A DNA stretch of 36,264 nucleotides. It comes from a virus (taxonomy: Duplodnaviria; Heunggongvirae; Uroviricota; Caudoviricetes). A program made the position numbers and the translations under genes. Every line of letters begins with the position of its first letter. Position 1 is the stretch's first letter. Positions 16,182-26,105 of this stretch are shown here, piece by piece. The notes below the pieces were generated by a model. It was not told the DNA's origin, ran no database searches, and saw nothing but the letters and a program-made list of their open reading frames with translations. The stretch is from the IMG/VR virus record IMGVR_UViG_2778261165_000017, positions 1 to 36,264 of that record; one strand, written 5' to 3'.

Positions 16182-16182
16182 A

Positions 16183-16259
16183 CCGCCACTAGCTCATCAG
16201 GAAAGAGCGTCAACCCTTTAAGTTGAGTGTGCGAGGTTCGAGTCCCCGGTGGCGGTCCA
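16183..16259 (+). tRNA. tRNA-like gene with atypical anticodon loop CCTTTAA (anticodon TTT if canonical, C at position 33)
   Basis: Perfect 7-bp acceptor stem CCGCCAC/GTGGCGG, perfect 5-bp anticodon stem, T-loop TTCGAGT with one A-C mismatch in the T stem; CCA encoded. Confidence 0.55.
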
Positions 16260-16261
16260 GT

Positions 16262-16337
<76 letters not shown>

Positions 16338-16340
16338 TAT

Positions 16341-16415
<75 letters not shown>

Positions 16416-16421
16416 GTTAGA

Positions 16422-16467
16422 GTCTTTCAGTCTGCGATGATGGGAAATCCCGGAGTGACTGAAAGAC
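16422..16467 (+). repeat. Perfect 11-bp inverted repeat (GTCTTTCAGTC / GACTGAAAGAC) with 24-nt loop
   Basis: Reverse complementarity checked by hand; the loop itself contains GGGAAATCCC. Confidence 0.6.
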
Positions 16468-16474
16468 GTTTAAG

Positions 16475-16547
16475 TTATGAATGATCGCTTTTTTTTGCAA
16501 AATTGCTGTGCAGAAATACTAACCTTCGGGCAGGCGATCATTCATAA
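16475..16547 (+). repeat. Perfect 14-bp inverted repeat (TTATGAATGATCGC / GCGATCATTCATAA) with 45-nt loop
   Basis: Reverse complementarity checked by hand. Confidence 0.6.
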
Positions 16548-16622
16548 GCACTCTGCTTTTATTCCGATTAACTGTGGGTGGTTTGTTGGATAGAGTGCTT
16601 TCCTTACTGTATATATTGTTTC

Positions 16623-16647
16623 GCCCGCTTTTGCGGGCTTTTCTTTT
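16623..16647 (+). terminator. Intrinsic terminator between the tRNA region and the holin gene
   Basis: GCCCGC-TTTT-GCGGGC followed by TTTTCTTTT. Confidence 0.65.
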
Positions 16648-16707
16648 CAAATCCCTTTCATTTCTCAGTGTAAAACTACGCCATCCGTTATTTGCGGAGG
16701 TGAGGCT

Positions 16708-16923
16708 ATGAAATCCATGGACAAAATTTCAACGGGCATTGCCTATGGCACCTCCGCAGGCAGTGCTGGCTACTGGTTTTTACAGTGGCTTGATCAGGTC
16801 AGTCCGTCACAGTGGGCTGCGATTGGTGTACTGGGGAGTCTGGTTCTGGGCTTCCTGACTTATCTGACAAATCTGTACTTCAAAATCAGAGAAGACAAGC
16901 GTAAGGCTGCACGGGGAGAGTAA
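16708..16923 (+). CDS. S: Class II pinholin, phage 21 S21-like, dual start (71 aa)
   Basis: [63 protein letters not shown] is near-identical to S21 as recalled; GGAGGTGAGG RBS. Confidence 0.9.
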   Translation: MKSMDKISTGIAYGTSAGSAGYWFLQWLDQVSPSQWAAIGVLGSLVLGFLTYLTNLYFKIREDKRKAARGE

Positions 16924-16927
16924 TTCA

Positions 16928-17242
16928 ATGACTCAAAACTATGAACTGATTGTGAAAGGGATCCGCAATTTTGAGAATAAAGTTACGGTAACTTTAGCGT
17001 TACGGGACAAAAAACGCTTTGACGGTGAAATTTTTGACCTGGACATCTCGCTGGACCGTGTTGAAGGTGCCGCGCTGGAGTTTTATGAGGCAGCAGCCAG
17101 AAGGAGCATCAGACAGGTCTTCCTGGATGTTGCTGCCGGGTTATGTGAAGGGGACGAGCTGTTGCCAGAAACGCGCCCCTGTTCAGAGGCGCGGTATACC
17201 ATAAAAATTAACAGTTCTGATAACTCGATTACAGGTTGTTAG
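16928..17242 (+). CDS. Hypothetical protein between holin and endolysin (104 aa)
   Basis: ATG 4 nt after the holin stop; GGGGAGAG upstream; no family recognised. Confidence 0.55.
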   Translation: MTQNYELIVKGIRNFENKVTVTLALRDKKRFDGEIFDLDISLDRVEGAALEFYEAAARRSIRQVFLDVAAGLCEGDELLPETRPCSEARYTIKINSSDNSITGC

Positions 17243-17297
17243 CTTTTTGCAGTTGGCTTTCCAGTATCTTTCATTGGTAGCATCCTGATAAATATCC

Positions 17298-17831
17298 ATG
17301 AGCGCAAAAATCAAATACGGCCTGTCAGCTGCTGTTCTGGCACTGATTGCCACCAGTGCATCTGCTCCTGACATTCTCGATCAGTTTCTGGATGAAAAAG
17401 AGGGTAACCACACCACTGCATACCGCGATGGTTCCGGCATATGGACCATTTGCCGGGGTGCCACGGTGGTGGATGGTAAACCTGTTATTCCGGGCATGAA
17501 ACTGTCGAAGGAAAAATGCGCTCAGGTTAATGCCATTGAGCGTGATAAGGCGCTGGCATGGGTGGAGCGCAATATTAAAGTACCACTGACCGAACCACAG
17601 AAAGCGGGTATAGCGTCATTTTGCCCCTATAACATTGGCCCCGGTAAGTGTTTCCCGTCGACGTTTTATAAGCGGCTGAATGCCGGTGATCGTAAAGGTG
17701 CATGCGAGGCGATTCGCTGGTGGATAAAAGATGGTGGGCGCGATTGTCGCATACGTTCAAATAACTGCTATGGACAGGTTATTCGTCGTGACCAGGAAAG
17801 CGCATTAGCCTGTTGGGGGATAGGTCAGTGA
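17298..17831 (+). CDS. R: SAR endolysin (T4-lysozyme family, 177 aa)
   Basis: N-terminal signal-anchor-release segment ([16 protein letters not shown]); lysozyme-like core resembling R21. Confidence 0.85.
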   Translation: MSAKIKYGLSAAVLALIATSASAPDILDQFLDEKEGNHTTAYRDGSGIWTICRGATVVDGKPVIPGMKLSKEKCAQVNAIERDKALAWVERNIKVPLTEPQKAGIASFCPYNIGPGKCFPSTFYKRLNAGDRKGACEAIRWWIKDGGRDCRIRSNNCYGQVIRRDQESALACWGIGQ

Positions 17832-18292
17832 GCAGAGTCGCCGCGATTATCTCCGTTCTGGTTATCTGCATCATCGTCTGCCTGTCATTGGCTGTTAATC
17901 ATTACCGGGATAACGCCATCGCCTACAAAGAACAGCGTGATAAAAAAGTCAGTGAGCTGAAGCAGGCGATCGCCACCATCGCTGACATGCAGCAGCGTCA
18001 GCGTGATGTTGCTGCGCTCGATGCAAAGTACTCGAGAGAATTAGCCAATGCGAAAGCTGAAAATGAAACTCTGCGCGCTGATGTTGCCGCTGGTCGTCGT
18101 CGGTTGCACATCAAAGCAGTCTGTCAGTCAGTGCGTGAAGCCACCACCGCCTCCGGCGTGGATAATGCAGTCTCCCCCCGACTGGCAGACACCGCTGAAC
18201 GGGATTATTTCACCCTCAGAGAGCGGCTGATGACGATGCAGATGCAACTGGAAGGGGCACAGGAGTATATCCGCACTCAGTGCATTAAGTAG
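17828..18292 (+). CDS. Rz: i-spanin Rz (154 aa)
   Basis: GTG start overlapping the R stop (GTGA); N-terminal transmembrane helix; coiled-coil periplasmic domain; Rz1 embedded. Confidence 0.8.
   Translation: MSRVAAIISVLVICIIVCLSLAVNHYRDNAIAYKEQRDKKVSELKQAIATIADMQQRQRDVAALDAKYSRELANAKAENETLRADVAAGRRRLHIKAVCQSVREATTASGVDNAVSPRLADTAERDYFTLRERLMTMQMQLEGAQEYIRTQCIK
18048..18230 (+). CDS. Rz1: o-spanin Rz1 lipoprotein embedded in Rz in the +1 frame (60 aa)
   Basis: Lipobox LVVVGC; proline-rich mature region (KPPPPPAW); wholly inside Rz. Confidence 0.8.
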   Translation: MRKLKMKLCALMLPLVVVGCTSKQSVSQCVKPPPPPAWIMQSPPDWQTPLNGIISPSESG

Positions 18293-18334
18293 CCTTTTTA
18301 TCGTGGTAAACATTTCGCAGGGTATGAGGTATTT

Positions 18335-18685
18335 ATGCCATCACGAATCCCACGCGCCTGCCGTAAGCGTGGATGTGCAGGTACAACCACAGACAGTTCT
18401 GGTTACTGCGATAAACATCGTGGCGAAGGATGGGTACAGCATCAACGCGGACTGAGCCGCCACCAGCGTGGCTATGGCTCGAAATGGGATGCCATACGTG
18501 CGCGCATACTGAAGCGTGATAATCATCTGTGTCAGAACTGCCTGCGCAATGGGAGAGCTGTTGAAGCCAGAACTGTGGACCACATCATTCCGAAAGCTCA
18601 TGGTGGCACGGATGCAGACAGTAACCTGCAGAGTCTGTGCTGGCCCTGCCATAAAGCAAAAACTGCGCACGAACGTATCAACTGA
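18335..18685 (+). CDS. HNH endonuclease (116 aa)
   Basis: CxxC...HxxxH...N...CxxCH pattern (CQNCLRNG...DHIIPKAHGG...CWPCH); immediately upstream of the terminase small subunit. Confidence 0.8.
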   Translation: MPSRIPRACRKRGCAGTTTDSSGYCDKHRGEGWVQHQRGLSRHQRGYGSKWDAIRARILKRDNHLCQNCLRNGRAVEARTVDHIIPKAHGGTDADSNLQSLCWPCHKAKTAHERIN

Positions 18686-18832
18686 TAATCGTTCTCACCT
18701 GTAGGGGAGGGGCGGGTCAAATCTCTGCAACCCTGGCTGCTCAGTACCGCCGCCTGACCTTTCCTCGCATCGCCGCAGGTTCGAAAACTTTTTTTTGGAA
18801 TGTGATTAAATGATTGATAGGTAAAACCGATT

Positions 18833-19315
18833 ATGTCAGGACCCCCGAAAACCCCGCCACGCCTGCATTTGATACGAGGCAACCCCTCAAAGCGCCCCGT
18901 TAAAGACCCAAAAAAAACCGCTAAAAAGGATGAAAAAGGTCTCCCTAAAATTCCGCAACATTTAGGGTCGCAGGGGAAGTACTGGTTCAGGCGAATGGCG
19001 GAAGAACTGAATGCGGAAGGGATCATTTCTCAGCTTGATGCGCGTGCACTCGAGTTACTGGTGGAAGCCTACACCGAATACCGGCATCACTGCGAAACAC
19101 TTGATGCTGAGGGTTATACCTACCGCACGGAAACGCAGAATGGCGATGTGCTGATCAAGGCACACCCGGCTGCTGCGATGAAGGCTGATGCCTGGAAGCG
19201 GATCCGGGCGATGCTTGCAGAGTTTGGTATGTCACCGGCAAGCCGGGCCAAAGTAAATATTGCCGGACCGGATGATGTTGATCCGCTGGCGGAGCTTTTA
19301 AAAGCGAGAGACTGA
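18833..19315 (+). CDS. Terminase small subunit (P27/HK97 gp1-like, 160 aa)
   Basis: Basic N-terminus; 1-nt overlap with the large terminase gene. Confidence 0.8.
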   Translation: MSGPPKTPPRLHLIRGNPSKRPVKDPKKTAKKDEKGLPKIPQHLGSQGKYWFRRMAEELNAEGIISQLDARALELLVEAYTEYRHHCETLDAEGYTYRTETQNGDVLIKAHPAAAMKADAWKRIRAMLAEFGMSPASRAKVNIAGPDDVDPLAELLKARD

Positions 19316-21072
19316 TGGCAAAAGTGGCTGACGGGATCCGCTACGCCGAACGTGTTGTTGCAGGAGAAATTGTCGCTGGCGAATTTGTCCGTCTGGCCTG
19401 CCAGCGTTTTCTTGATGATCTGAAGTACGGCGAAGAGCGGGGGATTTATTTCAGTGAACCCCGTGCGCAGCACATCCTGAATTTCTACAAATTTGTGCCC
19501 CATGTGAAAGGGGCGCTGGCAGGCCAGCCCATTGAGTTGATGGACTGGCATGTATTTATCCTCATTAATATTTTTGGTTTTGTCATTCCGCTGGTGAATG
19601 AAGAGACCGGGGAAGTTGTCATGCGCAGCGATGGCAGCGGACGCCCGGTGATGGTGCGCCGGTTCCGGACGGCGTACAACGAAGTCGCCCGTAAAAACGC
19701 AAAATCAACCCTGTCATCGGGTATCGGCCTGTATATGACGGGGGCAGATGGTGAAGGCGGTGCTGAGGTGTATTCAGCCGCAACCACGCGTGACCAGGCC
19801 AGAATCGTGTTTGAAGACGCCAAAAATATGGTCAGAAAAGCCCGGTCGACACTCGGGCGGTTGTTTGATTTCAACAAGCTGGCGATTTACCAGGAGCAGA
19901 GCGCATCAAAATTTGAACCGCTTTCCTCGGATGCAAACAACCTGGACGGTCTGAACATCCACTGCGCCATTATTGATGAGCTGCATGCACATAAAACCCG
20001 CGACGTATGGGACGTTCTGGAGACGGCAACCGGTGCCCGTCTGCAGTCCCTGTTATTTGGCATCACCACGGCTGGCTTTAACAAGGAAGGGATTTGTTAC
20101 GAGCAGCGTGATTACGCCATTAAGGTATTGCGAGGCTATAACAGCGACGTGGAGGGCGCGGTAAAAGACGACTCCTACTTTGCGATCATTTACACGCTCG
20201 ATGAGGGAGATGATCCGTTTGATGAAACGGTCTGGCAGAAAGCGAATCCTGGCCTGGGCATCTGTAAACGCTGGGATGATTTGCGTCGTCTGGCGAAAAA
20301 GGCGAAGGAGCAGGTTTCTGCGCGGGTGAATTTTTTCACGAAACACATGAATGTGTGGGTCACTGCCGAGTCTGCCTGGATGGACATGATTAAGTGGGAG
20401 AAATGCGAATATATTGCCCCACGACATGAGCTGAAAACGTATCCCATGTGGGTCGGCGTTGACCTTGCTCATAAGATTGATATCTGTGCGGCGGCAAAAC
20501 TCTGGCGAACGGATAACGGGCATGTTCATGCCGATTTTAAATTCTGGCTCCCGGAAGGACGGCTGGAACGATGCTCGCGGCAGCAGGCAGAACTTTACCG
20601 GAAGTGGGCGGAGATGGATAAGCTGATTCTGACGGATGGTGATGTTATCGATCATGCTCAGATAAAAAGTGACTTACTGGAATGGATTGGTGGTGAAAAC
20701 CTCAGGGAACTGGGATTTGACCCGTGGAGCGCGATGCAGTTCAGCCTGGCACTGGCTGAAGAAGGGATACCGCTGGTGGAGGTTCCGCAGACGGTTCGCA
20801 ATCTGTCAGAGGCCATGAAGGAAACGGAATCACTGGTCTATGCCGGGCGTTTCCATCACAGCAATCATCCGGTCATGAACTGGATGATGTCTAACGTTAC
20901 GGTAAAACCGGACAAAAACGACAATATCTTCCCGAATAAATCCACGCCGGAAGCCAAAATCGACGGCCCTGTTGCGATGTTTACAGCAATGAGCCGGATG
21001 CTGGTCAATGGTGGTGAACCGGAGCCGGATCTGTCTGAACATCTGGTCAGCGTGGGCATCCGCTCACTTTAA
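19315..21072 (+). CDS. Terminase large subunit (585 aa)
   Basis: Size, position and ATPase/nuclease-type motifs typical of HK97-like TerL. Confidence 0.9.
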   Translation: MAKVADGIRYAERVVAGEIVAGEFVRLACQRFLDDLKYGEERGIYFSEPRAQHILNFYKFVPHVKGALAGQPIELMDWHVFILINIFGFVIPLVNEETGEVVMRSDGSGRPVMVRRFRTAYNEVARKNAKSTLSSGIGLYMTGADGEGGAEVYSAATTRDQARIVFEDAKNMVRKARSTLGRLFDFNKLAIYQEQSASKFEPLSSDANNLDGLNIHCAIIDELHAHKTRDVWDVLETATGARLQSLLFGITTAGFNKEGICYEQRDYAIKVLRGYNSDVEGAVKDDSYFAIIYTLDEGDDPFDETVWQKANPGLGICKRWDDLRRLAKKAKEQVSARVNFFTKHMNVWVTAESAWMDMIKWEKCEYIAPRHELKTYPMWVGVDLAHKIDICAAAKLWRTDNGHVHADFKFWLPEGRLERCSRQQAELYRKWAEMDKLILTDGDVIDHAQIKSDLLEWIGGENLRELGFDPWSAMQFSLALAEEGIPLVEVPQTVRNLSEAMKETESLVYAGRFHHSNHPVMNWMMSNVTVKPDKNDNIFPNKSTPEAKIDGPVAMFTAMSRMLVNGGEPEPDLSEHLVSVGIRSL

Positions 21073-21083
21073 CCGAGGTCATT

Positions 21084-21266
21084 ATGTTTCTGATAATTCT
21101 CGCGCCACTGGTGGGCGTGCTGGGTGCGCTTTTGCTGGCGTATGGTGCCTGGCTGATTTATCCCCCGGCGGGTTTTGTTGTTGCCGGGGTGCTGTGCCTG
21201 CTCTGGTCGTGGCTGGTGGCGCGATATCTCGACCGTACACAGTCGTCTGTCGGCGGAGGTAAATAG
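21084..21266 (+). CDS. Small membrane protein (60 aa)
   Basis: Two hydrophobic helices; sits between terminase and portal. Confidence 0.4.
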   Translation: MFLIILAPLVGVLGALLLAYGAWLIYPPAGFVVAGVLCLLWSWLVARYLDRTQSSVGGGK

Positions 21267-22507
21267 TGTTCTTTTCGGGATTATTTCAACGAAAAAGTGA
21301 CGCGCCGGTGACCACGCCAGCAGAACTGGCGGATGCTATCGGGCTGTCATATGACACCTATACCGGAAAGCAGATCAGCAGCCAGCGGGCCATGCGACTG
21401 ACGGCGGTTTTTTCCTGCGTCAGGGTGCTGGCAGAGTCGGTCGGGATGTTGCCCTGCAATCTGTATCACCTGAACGGCAGCCTGAAACAGAGAGCCACCG
21501 GCGAACGTCTGCATAAGCTGATCTCCACGCATCCCAATGGCTATATGACGCCGCAGGAGTTCTGGGAGCTGGTGGTCACCTGTCTGTGCCTGCGGGGAAA
21601 CTTTTATGCTTACAAAGTGAAAGCATTTGGCGAAGTGGCTGAACTGCTGCCCGTCGATCCTGGCTGTGTGGTGCCGAAGCTTAACAGTAGCTGGGAGCCG
21701 GTCTATCAGGTCACATTCCCGGACGGTTCCACGGATGTGCTGACCCAGGAGGATATCTGGCATGTGCGCACGCTGACGCTGGACGGTCTGGTGGGGCTGA
21801 ATCCCGTCGCCTATGCCCGCGAGGCAATATCGCTGGCAGCGGCGACCGAAGAGCACGGGGCCAGGCTGTTCAGCAATGGTGCGGTGACGTCCGGTGTGTT
21901 GCGTACTGAACAGACGCTGTCAGATCAGGCTTATGAGCGCCTGAAGAAAGATTTTGAGGAGCGTCACACCGGGCTTGGTAATGCTCACCGCCCGATGATC
22001 CTTGAGATGGGGCTGGACTGGAAGTCGATGGCGCTGAACGCCGAGGACAGCCAGTTTCTGGAAACCCGCAAGTTTCAGCTTGAAGAAATCTGTCGTCTGT
22101 TCCGGGTGCCGTTGCACATGGTGCAGAACACCGATCGCGCCACCTTCAACAATATCGAAGAGCTGGGGCTCGGATTTATCAACTATTCACTGGTGCCGTA
22201 TCTGACCCGCATCGAACAGCGGATCAACATCGGACTGGTACGAAAAAGTAAGCAGGGCGTTTATTACGCCAAATTTAACGCCGGGGCGTTACTGCGCGGG
22301 GATATGAAGTCCCGTTTTGAAGCCTACGCCACCGGGATTAACTGGGGAATTTACTCTCCCAATGACTGCCGCGACCTGGAAGATATGAATCCGCGTCCCG
22401 GTGGTGATGTCTATCTCACACCGATGAACATGACCACGAAACCCTCCGATGGCAGTAAAGCCGGTAAGCAGAAGGATAACGCCAATGCAGACGAAACAAC
22501 GTCTTGA
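21266..22507 (+). CDS. Portal protein (HK97 family, 413 aa)
   Basis: GGAGGT RBS 5 nt before GTG; size and gene order. Confidence 0.85.
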   Translation: MFFSGLFQRKSDAPVTTPAELADAIGLSYDTYTGKQISSQRAMRLTAVFSCVRVLAESVGMLPCNLYHLNGSLKQRATGERLHKLISTHPNGYMTPQEFWELVVTCLCLRGNFYAYKVKAFGEVAELLPVDPGCVVPKLNSSWEPVYQVTFPDGSTDVLTQEDIWHVRTLTLDGLVGLNPVAYAREAISLAAATEEHGARLFSNGAVTSGVLRTEQTLSDQAYERLKKDFEERHTGLGNAHRPMILEMGLDWKSMALNAEDSQFLETRKFQLEEICRLFRVPLHMVQNTDRATFNNIEELGLGFINYSLVPYLTRIEQRINIGLVRKSKQGVYYAKFNAGALLRGDMKSRFEAYATGINWGIYSPNDCRDLEDMNPRPGGDVYLTPMNMTTKPSDGSKAGKQKDNANADETTS

Positions 22508-23135
22508 TGTACCGCTGAGTCTGAAATCTGTCAGTGACTCCGGTGAGTTTGAAGGGTATGGCTCCGTCTTTGGTGTAAAGGACAGCCACGATGATGTGGT
22601 GATGTCCGGGGCATTTGCTGCTTCCCTGCGGGCGTGGAGTGACAGAAAAGCGTTACCTGCGCTGCTCTGGCAGCACCGCATGGATGAACCCATCGGTGTT
22701 TACACCGAAATGAAGGAAGACGATGTCGGGCTTTACGTCAGGGGACGGTTGCTTATTGATGATGATCCCCTCGCAAAACGCGCACATGCACACATGAAGG
22801 CCGGTTCGTTAACCGGCCTTTCTATTGGGTACGTCCTGAAAGACTGGGAATACGACCGGAGCAAAGAAGCCTTTCTGCTGAAAGAAATCGACCTCTGGGA
22901 AGTCAGCCTGGTGACGTTCCCGTCTAACGACGAGGCGCGGATCAGCGACGTCAAGAACGCACTGGCCCGCGGGGAAATTCCCGAACAGAAAAAAATCGAA
23001 AGAGTCCTGCGTGATGTCGGACTCTCCCGTACCCAGGCCAAAGCATTCATGGCCGGGGGCTATGGCGCACTGTCCCTGCGCGACGCTGAGGATGTGGGCT
23101 CTGCACTGAATGCACTGAAAAATCTGAACTTCTAA
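22485..23135 (+). CDS. Prohead maturation protease (HK97 family, 216 aa)
   Basis: Family-typical sequence and position between portal and capsid genes; start at internal ATG 22485. Confidence 0.8.
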   Translation: MQTKQRLDVPLSLKSVSDSGEFEGYGSVFGVKDSHDDVVMSGAFAASLRAWSDRKALPALLWQHRMDEPIGVYTEMKEDDVGLYVRGRLLIDDDPLAKRAHAHMKAGSLTGLSIGYVLKDWEYDRSKEAFLLKEIDLWEVSLVTFPSNDEARISDVKNALARGEIPEQKKIERVLRDVGLSRTQAKAFMAGGYGALSLRDAEDVGSALNALKNLNF

Positions 23136-23149
23136 TCAGGAGAAATACG

Positions 23150-24355
23150 ATGGCGGTTGATATTAAAGATGTCGAACAGGTCGCGCAGGAGCTGCAGCAG
23201 AAGTTTGACGACTTCAAGGCAAAGAACGACAAGCGCGTGGAGGCGATTGAGCAGGAAAAAGGCAAGCTTGCCGGGCAGGTGGAAACCCTGAACGGGAAAC
23301 TCAGTGAGCTGGAAAATCTCAAAAGCGACCTTGAAAAAGAGCTGCTTGAGCTGAAACGTCCGGCAGGTGGTGCGCAAAATAAACTGGCCACCGAGCATAA
23401 AGAGGCGTTTGTGGGCTTCCTGCGTAAAGGCCATGAAGATGGTCTGCGCGATCTGGAGCGTAAGGCATTGCAGGTGGGCACCGATGAAGACGGTGGCTAT
23501 GCCGTGCCGGAAGCACTGGATCGCAACATTCTCAACCTGCTGAAAGATGAAGTGGTGATGCGCCAGGAAGCCACGGTGATCACCGTTGGCGGTTCCGACT
23601 ACAAAAAACTGGTGAATCTGGGCGGTACGGCTTCCGGATGGGTGGGCGAGACTGACGCGCGCTCCCAGACTGCCACTTCCAGACTGGGGCTGATTGAACC
23701 TTTCATGGGGGAAATCTACGGTAACCCGCAGGCCACCCAGAAAATGCTGGATGATGCCTTTTTCAACGTGGAAGCATGGATCAACAGCGAGCTGGCAACC
23801 GAATTTGCCGAACAGGAAGAAATTGCCTTTACCACCGGCGATGGTACCAAGAAGCCGAAAGGGTTCCTGGCGTATGAATCCACGGATGAAACCGATAAGG
23901 TTCGGGCGTTCGGCAAACTTCAGCATATTGTATCCGGCGACGCGACGGCGGTGACCGCAGACGCCATTATCAAACTGATTTACACGCTGCGTAAGGCACA
24001 CCGCACCGGCGCGAAGTTCATGATGAACAACAACAGCCTGTTTGCCATTCGTCTGCTGAAAGACAGCGAGGGTAACTATCTGTGGCGTCCGGGGCTGGAG
24101 CTGGGGCAGCCGTCCTCTCTGGCGGGTTACGGTATCGCTGAAAACGAACAGATGCCGGATATCGCCGCTGATGCGAAAGCCATTGCATTTGGTAACTTCA
24201 AACGGGGTTACACCATCGTTGACCGTATCGGTACCCGCATTCTGCGTGACCCGTACACCAATAAACCGTTTGTCGGTTTTTATACCACCAAGCGCACCGG
24301 CGGCATGCTGGTCGATTCGCAGGCCATCAAACTGCTGAAGATTGCAGCGGCGTAA
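23150..24355 (+). CDS. Major capsid protein (HK97 fold) with N-terminal coiled-coil delta domain (401 aa)
   Basis: AGGAG RBS; coiled-coil N-terminus then capsid-like region; gene order. Confidence 0.9.
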   Translation: MAVDIKDVEQVAQELQQKFDDFKAKNDKRVEAIEQEKGKLAGQVETLNGKLSELENLKSDLEKELLELKRPAGGAQNKLATEHKEAFVGFLRKGHEDGLRDLERKALQVGTDEDGGYAVPEALDRNILNLLKDEVVMRQEATVITVGGSDYKKLVNLGGTASGWVGETDARSQTATSRLGLIEPFMGEIYGNPQATQKMLDDAFFNVEAWINSELATEFAEQEEIAFTTGDGTKKPKGFLAYESTDETDKVRAFGKLQHIVSGDATAVTADAIIKLIYTLRKAHRTGAKFMMNNNSLFAIRLLKDSEGNYLWRPGLELGQPSSLAGYGIAENEQMPDIAADAKAIAFGNFKRGYTIVDRIGTRILRDPYTNKPFVGFYTTKRTGGMLVDSQAIKLLKIAAA

Positions 24356-24363
24356 TCATTCAG

Positions 24364-24383
24364 GGGGCGCAGAAGTGCGCCCC
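24364..24383 (+). terminator. Hairpin after the capsid gene (GGGGCGC-AGAAGT-GCGCCCC), weak U-tract
   Basis: Perfect 7-bp GC stem; possible attenuator. Confidence 0.4.
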
Positions 24384-24405
24384 TGTTCTGACAGGTGAAA
24401 GAATC

Positions 24406-24594
24406 ATGATCCTGAAACAAGATCTGAAATGGTCACCGGACGGTATGCGTGTTGAGATTATTCGGGCCGGTGAGTATGAAGATAAAGAATTACCCGAACG
24501 GGTACGCGAAATTGCCACTGCAGCTGGGATTGTCTCTGATAAGAGAACACCTGTTGCGCGGGGGGCTGATAAGTCTAAAAAACAGCATTCATAG
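24406..24594 (+). CDS. Hypothetical small protein (62 aa)
   Basis: AGGTGA RBS before ATG; between capsid and connector genes. Confidence 0.4.
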   Translation: MILKQDLKWSPDGMRVEIIRAGEYEDKELPERVREIATAAGIVSDKRTPVARGADKSKKQHS

Positions 24595-24605
24595 AGGTTG
24601 CCCAA

Positions 24606-24911
24606 ATGATGCCCACTCTGGAAGAGCTTCGTGTTCAGTGCCGGATTGATGATGACAATGAACAGGAGAATTCTCTTCTTATGATGTATCTGGCTGCTGC
24701 CAGGGAAGAGGCTGAAAAGTTTTTAAACCGGACGCTTTACGATGAAACTGTTTCTGAGCAGGATACGACCGGGCTTGTAATAACACCTCTGATAAAACTG
24801 CGTCTTATGCAACTGGTTGGCTACTGGTACGAGAACAGGGAAATGCAGGATGCAGTGCCTGATTTTTTCTATACCGGACTGCGGATGTATCGGTTTCATC
24901 CCGGGACATAG
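24606..24911 (+). CDS. Head-tail connector protein (gp6-like, 101 aa)
   Basis: Family-typical sequence and position. Confidence 0.7.
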   Translation: MMPTLEELRVQCRIDDDNEQENSLLMMYLAAAREEAEKFLNRTLYDETVSEQDTTGLVITPLIKLRLMQLVGYWYENREMQDAVPDFFYTGLRMYRFHPGT

Positions 24912-24919
24912 GAGGATTC

Positions 24920-25258
24920 ATGCAGGCAGGAAGATTACGTGATCGTGTGGTTATTCTGAATGCCACCACCGTTCGGTCTCCATCAGGGCACCCTGTGGAA
25001 ACAATGACGGAAGGGGCAACCATATGGGCAGAAGTTAAGGGGATCAGTGGCAGGGAGAGAATATCCGGAGGCGCAGAAACTGCTCAGGCTACAGTGAGGG
25101 TCTGGATGAGATTCCGGCGAGATGTGACAGCAACTTCATGTCTGAAAGTGCTGACTGGTGCATTCAGAGGCGCGATTCTGAGTATAGACGGTCCGCCGAT
25201 ACCGGATGCCCGTGCCACCCGGCTTGAGATACTCTGTTCTCAGAAGGGGAATGTGTGA
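24920..25258 (+). CDS. Head closure / head-tail adaptor protein (112 aa)
   Basis: Starts MQAGRLRDRV as this family does; AGGAGG RBS. Confidence 0.7.
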   Translation: MQAGRLRDRVVILNATTVRSPSGHPVETMTEGATIWAEVKGISGRERISGGAETAQATVRVWMRFRRDVTATSCLKVLTGAFRGAILSIDGPPIPDARATRLEILCSQKGNV

Positions 25259-25704
25259 TGGATTTCAGTCTTGATTTTTCAGGTCTGGCGGATATTGCAC
25301 GGGATCTGGAGACGCTCAGCAGGGCAGAAAACAATAAGGTGCTGCGCGATGCCACCCGTGCCGGTGCTGAAGTTATGCGGGATGCAGTTGTTGAACGTGC
25401 GCCGGAGCGAACCGGGAAACTGAAGAAAAATGTGGTTGTTCTCACTCAGCGTTCAAAGCGTCGGGGGGAAATTATCTCGGGTGTCCACATTCGTGGACGG
25501 AACCTGCGAACCGGAAACAGTGATAACAGCATGAAAGCCAGCGATCCCCGAAATGCGTTTTACTGGCGCTTTGTGGAGCTGGGAACGATAAACATGCCCG
25601 CGCATCCGTTCATTCGCCCGGCTTTCGATACGACAGAGGAACTGGCAGCACAGATTGCCATACAGCGAATGAATCAGGCTATTGATGAGGTCTTAAGTAA
25701 ATGA
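25258..25704 (+). CDS. HK97 gp10-family tail-component protein (148 aa)
   Basis: Overlapping start/stop with the upstream gene; family-typical sequence. Confidence 0.7.
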   Translation: MDFSLDFSGLADIARDLETLSRAENNKVLRDATRAGAEVMRDAVVERAPERTGKLKKNVVVLTQRSKRRGEIISGVHIRGRNLRTGNSDNSMKASDPRNAFYWRFVELGTINMPAHPFIRPAFDTTEELAAQIAIQRMNQAIDEVLSK

Positions 25705-26045
25705 GAGAGACCACACTGTATTCCCTGCTGTCTCAACTGGCCGGAGGACAGGTTTATCCTTATGTGGTCCCGCTGACGGAGGGAAAGCCTGCGGTATCTC
25801 CGCCATGGCTGGTGTTTTCTGTGGTGTCTGACACGGCATCTGATGTGCTTGATGGTCAGGCTGAATCAAGAATTACCGTGCAGATCGATGTCTGGGCGAC
25901 AGTACCTGATGACGCAGATGATATCCGTGAGCAGGCGCTTGATGCGGTAAGGCAACTGGCACCCTCCGTTATTTCTAAAACGCAGGGTTATGATCCTGAT
26001 TCCCGTCTGAGCAGAGCCACGCTTGAATTTCAGGTAATAGCCTGA
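25701..26045 (+). CDS. Tail completion protein (gp11/DUF3168-like, 114 aa)
   Basis: ATGA coupling; position before the major tail gene. Confidence 0.65.
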   Translation: MRETTLYSLLSQLAGGQVYPYVVPLTEGKPAVSPPWLVFSVVSDTASDVLDGQAESRITVQIDVWATVPDDADDIREQALDAVRQLAPSVISKTQGYDPDSRLSRATLEFQVIA

Positions 26046-26066
26046 GATCGTTAATGATTTTACCCA

Positions 26067-26088
26067 CCCGCCGCTGGCGGGTTTTTTT
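26067..26088 (+). terminator. Intrinsic terminator/attenuator upstream of the major tail gene
   Basis: CCCGCC-GCT-GGCGGG followed by seven T. Confidence 0.6.
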
Positions 26089-26105
26089 ATTTTCAGGAGA
26101 CGAGT

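Noticed and set aside
16183-16259. Second tRNA as tRNA-Arg (as in ileZ-argN-argO clusters of some lambdoid phages)
   Set aside because: The anticodon loop reads CCTTTAA with a perfect flanking stem; no TCT or CCT anticodon can be placed at positions 34-36.
16416-16707. Toxin or virulence cargo between the tRNAs and the holin gene
   Set aside because: No ORF with an RBS is present; the region holds only inverted repeats and a terminator.
20053-20655. 200-aa minus-strand ORF (and 21347..21856)
   Set aside because: Antisense to the large terminase and portal genes, which have clear family features on the plus strand.
23132-24001. 289-aa minus-strand ORF
   Set aside because: Antisense to the major capsid gene; low-complexity translation typical of a shadow frame.
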